A DNA stretch of 64,000 nt from Basidiobolus meristosporus CBS 931.73. Its lineage: Eukaryota; Fungi; Basidiobolomycota. Position 1 is the first letter of the stretch. Every line of letters begins with the position of its first letter. The stretch is taken from positions 33,259-97,258 of the forward strand of contig MCFE01000315.1 in the NCBI GenBank assembly GCA_002104905.1, written 5' to 3'. The notes beneath the pieces are model-generated. The model worked only from the letters and a program-made list of their open reading frames with translations. It had not been told where the DNA came from and ran no database searches. Position numbers and translations under genes: made by a program. This document shows positions 12,111-24,449 of this stretch, piece by piece.

Positions 12111-12995
12111 ATGACTTACTCATCTGAATGGTCTTTTCTCATCAATACCATCACTACCACTGGATTTCCTTTTGACACACTGGAGGAGATCTATACCAAG
12201 TACTGTGGACCATCAACCCCAATCTACTCAAGGAGATCCCTTGTTAAGCTTCTCTGCTATTACAAGAACTATTGCCCCACAAGGTTTCATCCCACCATCC
12301 ATGGCAACAAAAGTCCTAGAAGCTTTCATTCCCAGCTGACAGCAATGGAGAACCACCTTGTAGAGGGTATGATTGACTTAGAGCAAGCTTGGAATACTAG
12401 GTTCAGAAGCTCCAATAGACTTCCATATCCTAGAGTGTTCAGCAACAGGTTCTATATAAGGAGTATTTTGGATACCTTCCCAGTGAGGATTAACAGACCT
12501 TCTAGAGGGCAGAGGCACTTTTATTCTGGCAAGTACAAGGCACACTGTGTGAAGTTTCAAGCACTGTCTGACATTGAGGGTAACATCATCTGGTTTAGTG
12601 GGCCATTTGCTGGAAGTATGCATGACAAAGCACTCTGGGTAGAGAATCATCCTGAATTCAGTAGAGGGGAGAAATGTATGGCAGACTTAGCCCATACAGG
12701 AGAGGATTGTCAGAGATTAGGATGTATTACAGCTTATAGGAAGCCAAGGAATGGTGTGCTTAGCAGGAAGCAGAAGCTCTACAATGAGATATTTAATCAT
12801 TTCAGAGTAAGGGTAGAGCACACATTTGGATATCTGAAGAGATTCAGCATATTGGCAGGTTAATACAGAGGAAAGTCATATATAGGAGAAAACAGCAGAA
12901 TAGGTAAAATAGTTAAGATACTTATTAATGCACAGTATGTTCATACAAGAAGACATCCACTGAGAGAAATGTGTCTGGAGCATTATGAAGAGTAA
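12111..12995 (+). pseudogene. Harbinger-type DDE transposase (294 aa with one internal TAA at 12861-12863)
   Basis: ILDTFP (D1), YSGKYKAHCVKFQ, FSGPFAGSMHD, CMADLA(H/Y) (D2), YNEIFNHFRVRVEHTFG (E): DDE_Tnp_4-like. The frame continues past the TAA to YEE*. Confidence 0.92.
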
Positions 12996-13417
12996 ATAAA
13001 GCAAGGAAAGCACTATTCTGAGCAACACAAGTAAGATTGAGTAAAATTACCAGTAACTGTATCATACCACTGGCATCATGGTAGAAATTATAGTGCCAGA
13101 TAGTGCCGTAGGGTGCCAGATTGATCAGGCACTATAAACAGGCTGGCACTATGTGGCACTATCCAACGGAACAAGTCTAATAAGCCCATTAGTGAGCAGA
13201 ATGTCAGAACACTGCTGTAGAAGTGAGAAACACTGCCTATAGTATATTTTAAGCCTAAAATTGAGGATATTAGTGAAAGTTTTATCTTCTATTGGTATAT
13301 CAAACTCCCAATAAACTATTTTGGTTTTAGCATACTGGAAGCTGTTGGATATTGCTGATTAGCCTCCACATTGTAGAACAAGCCCCAAACAAATCATAAT
13401 ACAACACAACAGATTTG

Positions 13418-15927
13418 GTTACTGGTAATTTTACTCAATCTTACTTATGTTGTTCAGAGTAATGATTTCCTTGCTTTATTTATTCTTCATAATGCTCAAG
13501 ACACATTTCTCTCAGTGGATGTCTTCTTGTACAAATGCACTGTGCATCGATAAGTATCTTAACTATTTTACCTATTCTGCTGTTTTAGCCTATATATGAC
13601 TTTCCTCTGTATTAACCTGCCAATATGCTGAGTCTTGTTAGATATCCAATTTGTATGCTGTACCCTCACTCTTATATGATTAAATATCTGATTGTAGAGC
13701 TTCTGCCTACTGCTAAGCACACCATTCCTTGGCTTCCTATAAGATATAATACATCTTGATCTCTGACAATCCTCTCCTATATAAGCCAAGTCTGCCATAC
13801 ATTTCTCCCTTCCACCAAACTCTGGATGATTCTCTACCCAGAGTGCTTTGACATGCCTATTTCCAGCAAATGGCCCACTAATCCAGATGATGTTACCCTC
13901 AATGTCAGACAGTGCCTGAAACTTCACACAATGTGCCTTGTACTTGCAGAATAAAGGTGCCTCTGCCCTCTAGATGGTCAGTCAATCCTGACTGGGAAGG
14001 TATCCAAAATACTCCTTATATGGAACTTGTTGCTGAACACTCTGGGATATAGATGTCTATTGCAGCTTCTGAACCTAGTACTCCAAGCTTGTGCCTAGTC
14101 ATTCATACCCTCTGCAAGGTGATTCTCCATTGCTTTCAGCTGGGAATGAAAGCTTCTAGGACTTTTGTTACCATGGATGGTGGGATGAAACCTTATGGGG
14201 CAATAGTTTATGTAATAGTAGACAAGCTTAACAAGGGATCTCTCAGAGTAGATTGGGGTGGATGGTCCACAGTGTCTTGATATAGATCTCCACTAACGCA
14301 TCCAGATGAAATCCAGTGGTAGTGATGGGATTGATGAGAAAAGACCATTCAGATGAGTAGGTCATATTAAAATTGATAGATGACTGGGCTGAGGTGATTG
14401 GATTCAACTTGGCACAATCTGCTTTATTTTTCTGATTTTACATGCATCATGATTAAATCTCCATCAATTGCCAGGTATCCCATCATTATGTTGTAAAAGT
14501 CATCCTCAAGCAATGACTTGGTATTTATATTGATGCTTTACTCACAAGTCTATAATCAAATAGGAAATTAGCAATTGTTGTGATCTGGTCCATGTCAATG
14601 CAATCCAAGATGCATCATGCTTAATATATGGAAAATTCAACAATCACATTAGTTTTCATATAAATATCATATAAAACCAGGTTGATGCCAAGACACTACT
14701 GTATAAGTATCCAAATCTGTTGCTATGGTCCCTATGCCAAGTCTCAACTCATCTTAAGTACAACCCAGACAAAATTCATCCCCCAGCTCACAAGCATAGT
14801 CTGGACCAGAAAAGCTGATGTTGGATACATACAAGTTCTTGCCAAATAGTTTCAACATTGTCCAAGTGTCTATGATGAGCCTTCATGCAGATATTTGGGC
14901 ACTACTCATGAATCTAGCAGAACTAGATACCTCAGAGAGTTTACAAAGATGGCAGAACCTGAGTAGAAAGCAGTGGCATGAGTTCTACATCAAGATTCCA
15001 GCAAATGTATGTAAGAAGATATATAAAAAGACAAGTATAGAAATCAAAATTGAGCTGAGAGAGAAGGGACTTGATGAGGAAGCTGCGCAGGAACAATTTG
15101 GCACGTGGTTTGTTCAGTATTGGCCAGACGCATCTGCTTGTGCCTCAACTTTAGGAACCAAAGTGGTTTTGAATGATTTTTGCCTCAAGTGACTAATATA
15201 CTATGTGATATATTAGCAGGGATAAGTGGATTCCAGTAGCAATATACACAGGACTCATCCAGGCAACAGTTCCAAAGTATCAGACACAGGGTAAGTAAAT
15301 ACCTTGAGGAGTCAGAAGGCAAGCTTCAAGAAGAAGAATACAGACTGCAAGCAACAGCATTGAGATTGTGCCAGTACACCTTGCTGGATTCCTTACCATT
15401 CCTTGCAACTTTGGCATGCCAGTACACATTAGTTCAAGCTCTGCCAACACCCGTCACAAGAGTGTCCTGCATTGAGTCAATGCATGTTGGGTCAACCTGC
15501 ACACTTTGGAGCAATACCACCAGAACTTGCCAAGCTGCTCATTGAGACACAAGTTCATTGGAGCAGGCTGAGTTGTGTCAACAAGCAGCATCATATCAAA
15601 CTCAGCCAAGGGCCATGCAAGCTCATCAAGTTGTGTCTGCACATGCCGTGACACCTGACCATCAACAAGTTTCTTGTGGTGAACTGACTGATGATGACCC
15701 ACATGAAGTGCCTCCACTACCAGAGCCTTTAGCAAGTAAAAGAACATGTCAGCACATAGCACAGCCAGCCAGCTCAGTTGCATCATCCAGAGCAACTCAG
15801 CACAGCCAAGCTGCAGCATTGCACTCATCAACTAGGAGGCAAAATACTGACTACAAATACACAAGTAGTCCAGAGGATAGTCAACAAGATAGTAGTTTTG
15901 GTATGCAAAGTGAATCACTACCAAAAT
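13418..15927 (-). mobile_element. PHIS element copy 2, reversed, both ends missing
   Basis: Transposase remnant 13480-14365 (-) and ORF2 remnant 14725-15927 (+), colinear with the reverse complement of 9758-13178; CpGs decayed. Confidence 0.9.
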
Positions 15928-18900
15928 CAAGAATGGAAGAATGCTAAGCAACAAATCCTGGTCCAGCAGCAGCAGTTACTCCAGATCCTTAGCCAGCAGC
16001 AAAAAGGAATGACAACCATGGCCCAAAGCCCACAAAACCCTGTCAAGAGCCACTTTGGTGTAAAGGTCAACCAGTACCATGGCAGAGTCCATGAAAACCT
16101 GGGAACTTGGCTCTTCCAGATGGAAGAAGCTTTCAAGGATAAAGGAATTGCTCCTGAAAGCAAGTTGCATTATGCAGCCTCTTACCTGGCAGACGCAGCT
16201 TTGCAGTGGTACCACAACAAGATCAGGTCAGCCACTATGATGGGATGCTCTACAATCTCTACCTGGGATCAGTTTGTGTTAGAAATTCAGGATGCTTTTG
16301 AACCTCCACACCAGCAGACACTACTAAGAAGGAAGTTAAAGACACTCAGACAGAAAGGAATGGCTCAAGAATACATCTCTAAGTACAGATGTCTACTTGG
16401 ACAAATTGAAAGAATGGACCCTCTGGATCAAGCTGAATACTTTATTGATGGGTTGAAAGAAAGAACTTGTAAGGAAGTGAATTATTGAAGACCTCAGACT
16501 ATTGAAGAAGCCATCAAGATTGCCATTGACTATGACTCAGCTATGCTTGGAGTTGGGAAGCCCATAATGACTTATCAGAGAGGCTACAACCACTATGAAA
16601 GAAGACAATCAGAAGCAGTGCCATGGAAATAGACACTATGCAGAAGAATCCTACCTCAGATGAATGTAAGGATAAAGGACTTTGCCTCAATTGCCACCAA
16701 CAAGGACATATTGCAAAGTACTGCCGTCAGAGAAGAAATGGACACCAGCCATCAAGAACCTTTAGCCGTATTGAGACCACAGAGCATAGTAACATGGAGG
16801 ATGAGCTTGAGAAGACTCAGAACTCACCTTTCACATGACAGAAGCATACCTATTCCAAATGAGCTCAAACTCAGGAAAGCTATTATACTTGAATGGAGTA
16901 ATCAATGGAGTACCTGCCAAGATCATGATTGACTCAGGAGCATCACATGAGTGCATGTCATTGCAATTTGCTCTGAAAGCTGGAATCAACTTGGAACCTA
17001 CCAAGTCAACTTCAGTCTCAACAGCTGATGGGAACTCTCACATAATCAACCGCATTACTCAGCCAGTAAGGATGAAGATCAATGACTATGAAGAAGATCC
17101 ACAGGCTTATATATTTGGGAACTGCAAGTTTGACTTTGTACTTGGGAAAACCTGGCTATTTTGTTGTAATCCTTCAATCAAATGGAGAACCCATGCTACT
17201 CAGATCCAGAAGGACAATATGACCTATGAGCTATTACCTGCCAGACTGGATTTCAACTTGGTCAATTCCAGTATGTGTGAGACAAGTGCACTTAGCAAGA
17301 CCCAGTTCTGTAGAGCACTTAGAAAAGGTACCCACATGTTCCTCATGGCAGTGTTACAGGAGGATCCCTCTTCCCCAGCACCCCAGCAGGTCCAGATTCT
17401 CTTTAAGAAATATTCAGACATGTTTCCAGATGAGCTTGTAAGCTTACCACCAGTCAGAGACATGTATTGTGCCATTGACACAGAAGATAGCCCTACAGTG
17501 AGCAAGACACCTTACAGAATGAGTCCATTGGAATTGGAGTAAATGAAGAGACAAATTGATCAGCTATTGGAGCAAGGATATAGCAGACCCAGCAAGTCAC
17601 CCTGGGGATTACCAGTACTTTTTGTGAAGAAAAAGGATGGAGCACTTAGGATATGCATTGACTACAGAGCCCTCAACTGAGTCACCATCAAGAATAAGTA
17701 CCCCATACCTTGGATTGATGAGCTTTTGAACCAACGTAATGGAGCCACCATATTTAGCAAGATTGACCTCATGTCAGGATACAACCAGATTAGGGTGAAG
17801 GCAGAAGACATCCCTAAGACAGCATTCAGGACCAGATATGGACATCACAAGTACTTAGTCATGAGTTTTGACCTCACCAATGCCTCTGCAAGTTTCATGA
17901 CCCTGATGCAGACTGTCTTCCAGGAGTACTTAGAAAAGTTTGTCATAATCTACCTAGATGATATACTGATATACAGCAAGACAGAAGAGGATCACTTGGT
18001 GCACATTGAAAAGGTCTTGAAGAAGCTAAGAGAGAACAAGCTTTATGGCAAGCTACCCAAGTGTGAAATCTTCAAGGAACACATTGAATATCTGGGACAC
18101 ATACTGACTAGCACAGGAGTAACCTTAGACCCTAAGAAGGTAGAAGTAATCAAGAATCTGAAGCAGCCCCATGGCATATCAGAACTCAGATCATTCCTTG
18201 GAATGGTTTCCTGTTATTGGAGATTTCTCAGGTCTTTGCAAGTATTGCAGCCCCTCTAACTGATATCCTCAAAAAAGACAACACCTATAAGTGGGACATA
18301 GCTTGTGAGACTGCCTTTCAGATGCTCAAAAATGAACTTGCTTAATTACCAAGCTTAAGTGCACCAGACTTCAGAAGAGAGTTCACTCTGTGCACAGATG
18401 CTTCAGGTTATGCAATTGGTGGAATGTTGAGCCAAGAACACAAGGGAGAGGACTACCCTGTTGCCTTTGAATCCAAAAAACTGAACTCAGCAGAACAAAA
18501 CTATCCAGTCCATGAGAGGGAGATGCTTGCTATAACACACTGTTTGAATACATGGAGATGATATATTGAAGGAGTGAAATGCACTGTGAAGACTGATCAT
18601 GCCTCCCTCAAGTATGTATTTACTCAGAAGGTACTCTCTAGAAGAATGAAAAGATGGAGTGAATACATTCAGCAATTTGACTTAGAGATTGTCTACTGCC
18701 CTGGAAAAAACAACACAGATGCTGATGCTGAAGCTTGCAAGACTTGCTGATAATACTGAACCATCAAGGTATTGGTATTGCAAGAAAAGAGATTCAGCAG
18801 AACCCTTTCAACTTTAGCAGGGGAGAATGTTGTGATCTGCTGCTTGAATGTTTAGGTTAGATCAGTTTTTAGTCAAATCAGTTAGCTATTTGTTTAGATT

Positions 18901-19196
18901 ATCAGTATATCAGTATTATTTATCAAATCAGTAACATTAGTCAGCAAATGTATTAGCATATCCTTATCAGACAGAAATAGACATATTAAGTAGGATCTTA
19001 TTGGGTGATGATGATGCAATTAAATGAGTCATCAGCCACAGCCTACATTAGGATATACAATCAGTCAGCAATTGATCTGGCAAAATGTATATAAGGAGCT
19101 GCTGGAATCTCAATAGAGATCAGTTCATATTTTAGTGAATTCAACACTTGCTAAACTCCCTATTCCTCTACAACTCTTATACCAAGAGTTGTAACA
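15924..19196 (+). mobile_element. Ty3/gypsy family B copy lacking the 5' LTR; integrase deleted; 3' LTR 18828-19196
   Basis: gag (WYHNKIRS; CLNCHQQGHIAKYC), protease MIDSGAS, RT IYLDDILIYS, RNase H TDASGYAIG; jumps from ADA to the integrase C-terminus at ~18730; PPT AGCAGGGGAGAA. Confidence 0.92.
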
Positions 19197-21273
19197 CACC
19201 ATGGGTATGCTAAGAAAGTATCTTAAGAATAGCAGCAACTATCACAGGCAGAAGAACAAGGGTGCCATAGCAAAAACCAGCAGCTTCCTCAAGAGCCTGT
19301 TACAAGCGGGGCCAAAAGCTCCAGACAAGTGTCAAAGAGACGTCAGGCAGCCCAAAGAGTGCCAATTAGGGACAAGCAGGCTGACATGGATGCACCAGCA
19401 CAACATTTATCAAGGAAAAAGCATGGTATCACTCAAGAAGCACTCAGTCAAAGTAGCAGTGAAGGACCTGGCAGTGATAAAAACCAGCCGCTTATACAGA
19501 AGCCTGTTACAACTACAGTTGAGAGCTCAAAACAGTTGGAAAAGGGAAAAATGTCTACCTAAGCCTGAGACAGGGAGGCATGCAAAAAAGACTACAGTTC
19601 ATACCAATCAAAGCTGTAAGCCCTGAACAGAGTGAATCCCATCATAGCCAAGAGGAAGTATCAACAAGAAAACAGCTGTTTTCACAAGAGTTGGAAGTGT
19701 AGCCAGTTTAGCAACACTCCAGCAAGGTAGATGAGTTTGCTGAAAAAGGCAATTTGTCTACTGCAGCCTCCATATCCTTTATTGTTGACAGAGTTGAGGT
19801 CCATCTGACAGACAAGGCTACAATGTCAATAGCTCACAAGACTATCACAATGCCTACAGTAGAGATTTGGAAAACTAATAGACTTGTTCCGTCAGATAGT
19901 GCCGTGGTGAGCTGCAAGTGCCAAATGATACCATAGTGTGCCAGGGAGGCCAAGTGAACCTATACATGGCCACAGAGTATGAAACATAGCTCTGCATCTT
20001 TGTCCAAAGCAGCCCCTGTGTCTCACCTATGATGCTGGAAAAAATCCAGTTTTTGACCTTTTTTTGTGGGCCAATGTTGTGCAGGATGAATAAGAGCACT
20101 AAAGGATTGAAGATATGCATCTGGTACCCAATACCCATGGCACTCTAAAACTAACTTCTCTGGCTTGTCACATGTCAAAAAAATGCATGGCACTATCTTG
20201 GTCCACTGGTACTATCTGGCACTATATTTATTTATTAGCCCTAGAGTAAGATCTAATCAAAGCGCTTATAGTGCCAGATAGTACCAGTGGACCAAGATAG
20301 TGCCATGCATTTTTTTGACATGTGACAAGCCAAAGAAGTTAGTTTTATAGTGCCATGGGTATTGGATACCTGATGCATGTCTTCATACATTTTGTGCTCT
20401 TACACATCCTGCACAACATTAGCCCACAAAAAAAACGTCAAAAAATGGATTTTTTCCAACAAAATGAATGATACACAGGGGTGGCTTTGTATAAAAATGC
20501 AGAGCTATGTTTCACACTCTGTGGCCAATTATAGATTCACTTGGCCTCCCTGGCACACTATGGCATCATTTGGCACTCATGGTTCAATGTGGCACTATCC
20601 AATAGAACAAGTCTAATAGGCACACCAACAGGTTACAGCACTTCCTCAAGAGGAGTGCCCAAGAGAATGCCCAGGAATATTGCAAGGATTTATAGCAAAG
20701 ACTGGCAGATAAGGTGCTAGACCATGCAGTGCCAGCTGAAGACCAGAATATGTGGGAACCAGTGAATGACCAGCCTAACCCTAAATTCCCAATTGCCTAC
20801 TTGACTGCAAGCTTAAGGTATCAGCATTATTACCTTCAGTGGGCACACTGACCACAGGGCCCTTTTTGATTGTAGCCCAGCTTGTAGCACTGGATGTCAA
20901 AGCAAACTGTTGTCCAACCATTCATCTGCTGCTGTCAACAGTGAGGTTTGGTTGAGAACCAAGCAAGTTTGATTTGTTTTTTGATAGCATATATATAGAA
21001 GTGAGTCAAACTACAGAGGAAATGTCATTACACATACATGTGTATGTGGTGCTACAACTTTATTTTTAATGCCCACCATGGTAGGCCACCATTGAAGCAT
21101 ACAAACATGTTGGTGCAATGTCTCAAATACAAGCTTGTCTTAAATTCACATAAGTATAAACAAAAAAGAATAGAACAGCATTAGATTGTTGAGTGTTAGA
21201 CTGTTTTTTGCCATGGACAAGCCTACTTTGGTTCAACACTATAAGAGAAGAGAAAAAAGACCATGTGGCTATC
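19197..21273. mobile_element. Two CACTA fragments joined in opposite orientation (19197-~20765 +; ~20770-21273 reversed)
   Basis: Match 5170-6170, and the reverse complement of 4460-4910, respectively. Confidence 0.8.
19880..20614. mobile_element. Foldback MITE, copy 3, 735 bp, TSD AAT
   Basis: AAT at 19877-19879 and 20615-20617; the empty site is visible in CACTA copy 1 at ~6017. Confidence 0.95.
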
Positions 21274-24200
21274 AGACTTGTAACATTGGGTGGTGCCTCA
21301 TTGGCCATGAGTGCCATATAGTGCCATAGTATGCCAGAGAGGCTAAATAAACTAATACTTGGCCTTACTGACACATTATGCCATTACTTTGCACTCATGG
21401 CTCAATGTAGCACTCCCACTTCTGCCATGATACCAGTGGTGGGATACGGTTACCTGTAATTTACTCAATCATATTTATGCTGCTCCGAACAGTTCTTTTC
21501 TTCCTCTATTTACTCTTAATAAAGCTCAGGACATATTTCTCTCACTGCACATCTTCTTATATGAATATACCATGCATTAATAAATATCTTAAATGCTTCA
21601 TCTAATCAGCTGCTTTCTACTGATATGAATTTCTTCTGAATTTACCAGCCAATACACTGAATCTATTCAGATATCTAAATGTATGCACTACTCTCACTCA
21701 GAGATGATTCTATATCTCATTGTAGGGCTTTACTTCCTGCTAAGCACACCATTCCTTGGCTTCCTATGGACTCTACTACATCCTAATTTCTGATAATCCT
21801 CACCTGTATAAGCTAAATTTGCCATACATTTCTCCTTCTACAGAGTTCTGGATGATACCATATCCAGAGTGCTTTGTCATGCCTATTTCCAGTAAATGGC
21901 CCACTAAACCAGATGATGTTACCCTCAATATCTGACAGTGCTTGAAACTTAACACAGTGTGCCTTATACTTGCCAGAATTAAGTGCATCTGCTCTCTATG
22001 AGGTCTATTAATCCCACTACAAATGCATCCAAGATACTCCTAATGTGGAACCTGTTGTAGAGCACTATGGGTTATGGAAGTCTAATGGTGCATCTGAGCC
22101 TAATATTCCAAGCTTGCTCTAAGTCATTCATACCTCTTACAAGGTGGTTCTTCATTGCTGTCATCTGGGAATCAGAGTTTCTGGGACTTTAGTTGCCCCG
22201 TATGGTGGGATGCAACATTGTTGGGCAATTTGGTGCAATCAGATTAATTATTTGATTTTCCATGCATTGTGATGAACTTTCCATCATTGACATATATCCC
22301 ATCATTTTGTCACAAGAATCATGTCCAAACAATAACTTGGCTATTTTATTGATGATGCACTCACAAGTCTGTAATCAGATAACAAATCAGCAATTGTAGT
22401 GATCTGATCCATGTCAATGCAATCAAAGATGCATCATACATAACAAATGGAACATTTAGAAATTGCGCTAGCTTTCATATATTTCTCATATAAGATCAGG
22501 TTGATGACAATCTACTACTTGATAGGTATCCAAATTCATCACTAAAGTCCCAAAACCAAGCCTCTGATCATCTTTAGTACAACCCAGACAAAATGCATCC
22601 CTCAGCCCACAAGCAAGGTCCATACTGTAAAAGCCAATGTTGGATTTGTTTAAGTTCTTGCCAAATAATTTTAGTGTGGCCCAAGTGTGTGTGATGAGCC
22701 TTAATACAGATATTTGAGTACTACTCACAATTCTGATAGAGCTGGATACCTCCAAGCATCAAAAGGTATGCAAGAACATGAGTAGTAGGCTGTGGCATGA
22801 GTTTCACATCAAGATGCCAGCAGATTTATGTAGGAAGCTATATAACAAGACAAGTATTGAAATCAACAATGAGCTTAGAGTATTATATTTTAGTAGTCCT
22901 AAGTGGCTTCCAGAGCTATGTACACAGGACTTGTCAATGCAACAGTTTCACTGTATCAGACAGAGGTTAAGTGAATACCTTGAGGAATCAGCTGGTGAGC
23001 TTCAAGAGGCAAAATACAGACTGCAAGCAACTGCATTAAGATCACACCAGCATGCATTGATGGTCACCTTACCATCCCCTGCAACACTGGTGTGCTGGTG
23101 TCTGTCAGTCCAATCTATGCAACACCCTTCATAAGAGTGCACTGTGTCAAGTCATTATGCATCCAATCAACACTCAAACTTCAGAGCAAAACTACTAGCA
23201 AATGACAAACTATACATTTGAACACAAGTACATAGGCATAGGCCAACTTGCATCTACACGCCACATCACATCAAACTTAGCTAAGGGCTATGCCAACACA
23301 TCAAGTTGTGCCTGCACCTTCCATTACACCTCACAATCAACAAGTTACCTCTAGTGAATTACCTGACAATGATCCACATGGAGTGCCTCCTTCACCAGGG
23401 CCTTTGGCAAGTAGAAGAACACATCTGCATATGGCACTTCAAGCTGGATCCAGTGTATTATCTGGAGCAAGCTCCAGCATTGCACTCATCAACTAGGAGG
23501 CAAAAAACTGACTACAAGCACACAAGTGGCCTAAATGGTAGTCAACAAGGAAGTAGTCCAGGTGTGCAAAGTAAATCACTCATAATGCTTCAGTAGTAAT
23601 CCCTGTGAGAAAAAAACCTAGGAGAAGATGATTCAATTGCATTGAATTGCTATTATCTGTAATAATCCCAACAATAATTTTTTTTTGCAATCCTAATTGA
23701 GCCATTGCAAATGAGTGATCATCAAATTTTTTATACAAGTTATATCAAGGTTGTCTCACACTTGGGAGAGAACCCCTACAAATGAATACCTTGCATATAT
23801 ATACATCATCTGTAATACCAGTGCAGCTATTGGATCCATTTTGCACCTACTTGATCACTTGCATGCTAGCTATGACACCATGCCCAATCATTAGGATCAG
23901 GGATTTGTTTGCTAAATGGGCAAAATGGGATATTTGATGGCAAATCAGGTAGGTTGTTTAGTAGTCAATGGGCCAATTGGGCCTGCCAGCTTCAGGACAC
24001 TTTTGAACCAATTAACCACTAACAAACTATCCAACTGGAGGGATGGTAACCAAACTGGTAAGTATCAGTGTACTTTATAGTGCAATATGCATTTATTTCC
24101 ATTTACATTAATGAAACATATCCAAGTACCAGATTTTACCTACCATAATTGAGGTATCTGATTGCACATGTGATGCAAACATTATAAGTTGGCGCAATCA

Positions 24201-24373
24201 TCTGTGCCAATGTAATTGTGTCAGATTGTTTCATAGTGTGCAAGATTGTCCCACATGGTGCAAAAATATCCAAGAGCAATCCTGCCTACTGGTAGCTATA
24301 ATATTGTGCCTGATTGTTCTTTACAACCTGGGATTGTGCTGCATGCGCTGTTGTGGTTTAAAGGAACAAGTCT
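21274..24373 (-). mobile_element. PHIS element copy 3 (more diverged), both TIRs present, flanks unmatched (ATC / AGT)
   Basis: AGACTTGTAAC...GGAACAAGTCT; transposase remnant ~21500-22240 (-); ORF2 remnant ~22540-23630 (+). Confidence 0.85.
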
Positions 24374-24449
24374 AGTAGTACAGTTGTATTTCTTCTACTA
24401 ACATATTATATCAATAGTGAGGGCATTATTTCTCAAAGATGGGGAGACT

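Larger units (their letters stand above)
9758..13178 (+). mobile_element. PIF/Harbinger-superfamily (PHIS, Pangu-like) DNA transposon, full-length 3421 bp, TSD AAT; youngest copy
   Basis: TIR AGACTTGTTCC / GGAACAAGTCT; AAT at 9755-9757 and 13179-13181; two divergent ORFs; CpGs retained. Confidence 0.93.
1..13406 (+). mobile_element. Ty3/gypsy family A remnant (RT end, RNase H, integrase, PPT, 3' LTR), interrupted by two foldback MITEs, a CACTA element and a PHIS transposon
   Basis: Removing the 117-848 insert and one ATC restores the frame NWKPTSNIHQVRQQLGLAGLFRIWIKNY. RNase H motifs VDSSGIGVGG and LEVDAKP follow; integrase lies at ~7490-8740. PPT AAAGTTAGGGGAGGCT precedes the LTR starting TGTGG at 8772. 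Confidence 0.85.
8772..13406 (+). repeat. Gypsy A 3' LTR (~1.2 kb) split by the PHIS element at 9758-13178
   Basis: Follows the PPT. The uninterrupted homolog at 24450-25524 spans the empty site (CTATACAAATAGATAAGCCAATAG vs CTATGAAGTTAAT|AAGCCCATTAG). Confidence 0.85.

Noticed and set aside
15778-16488. 236-aa ORF that looks like a PHIS ORF2-gag fusion gene
   Set aside because: The upstream part is an alternative frame of ORF2. The native ORF2 frame stops at 15947, and gag ends at a premature stop. It is a deletion junction, not a new gene.
18715-18740. Gypsy B integrase deletion as splicing or microhomology-mediated
   Set aside because: No GT-AG boundaries, and the junction GATGCTGAAGCTTG does not exactly match the TCAAG overlap of the parental sequences.
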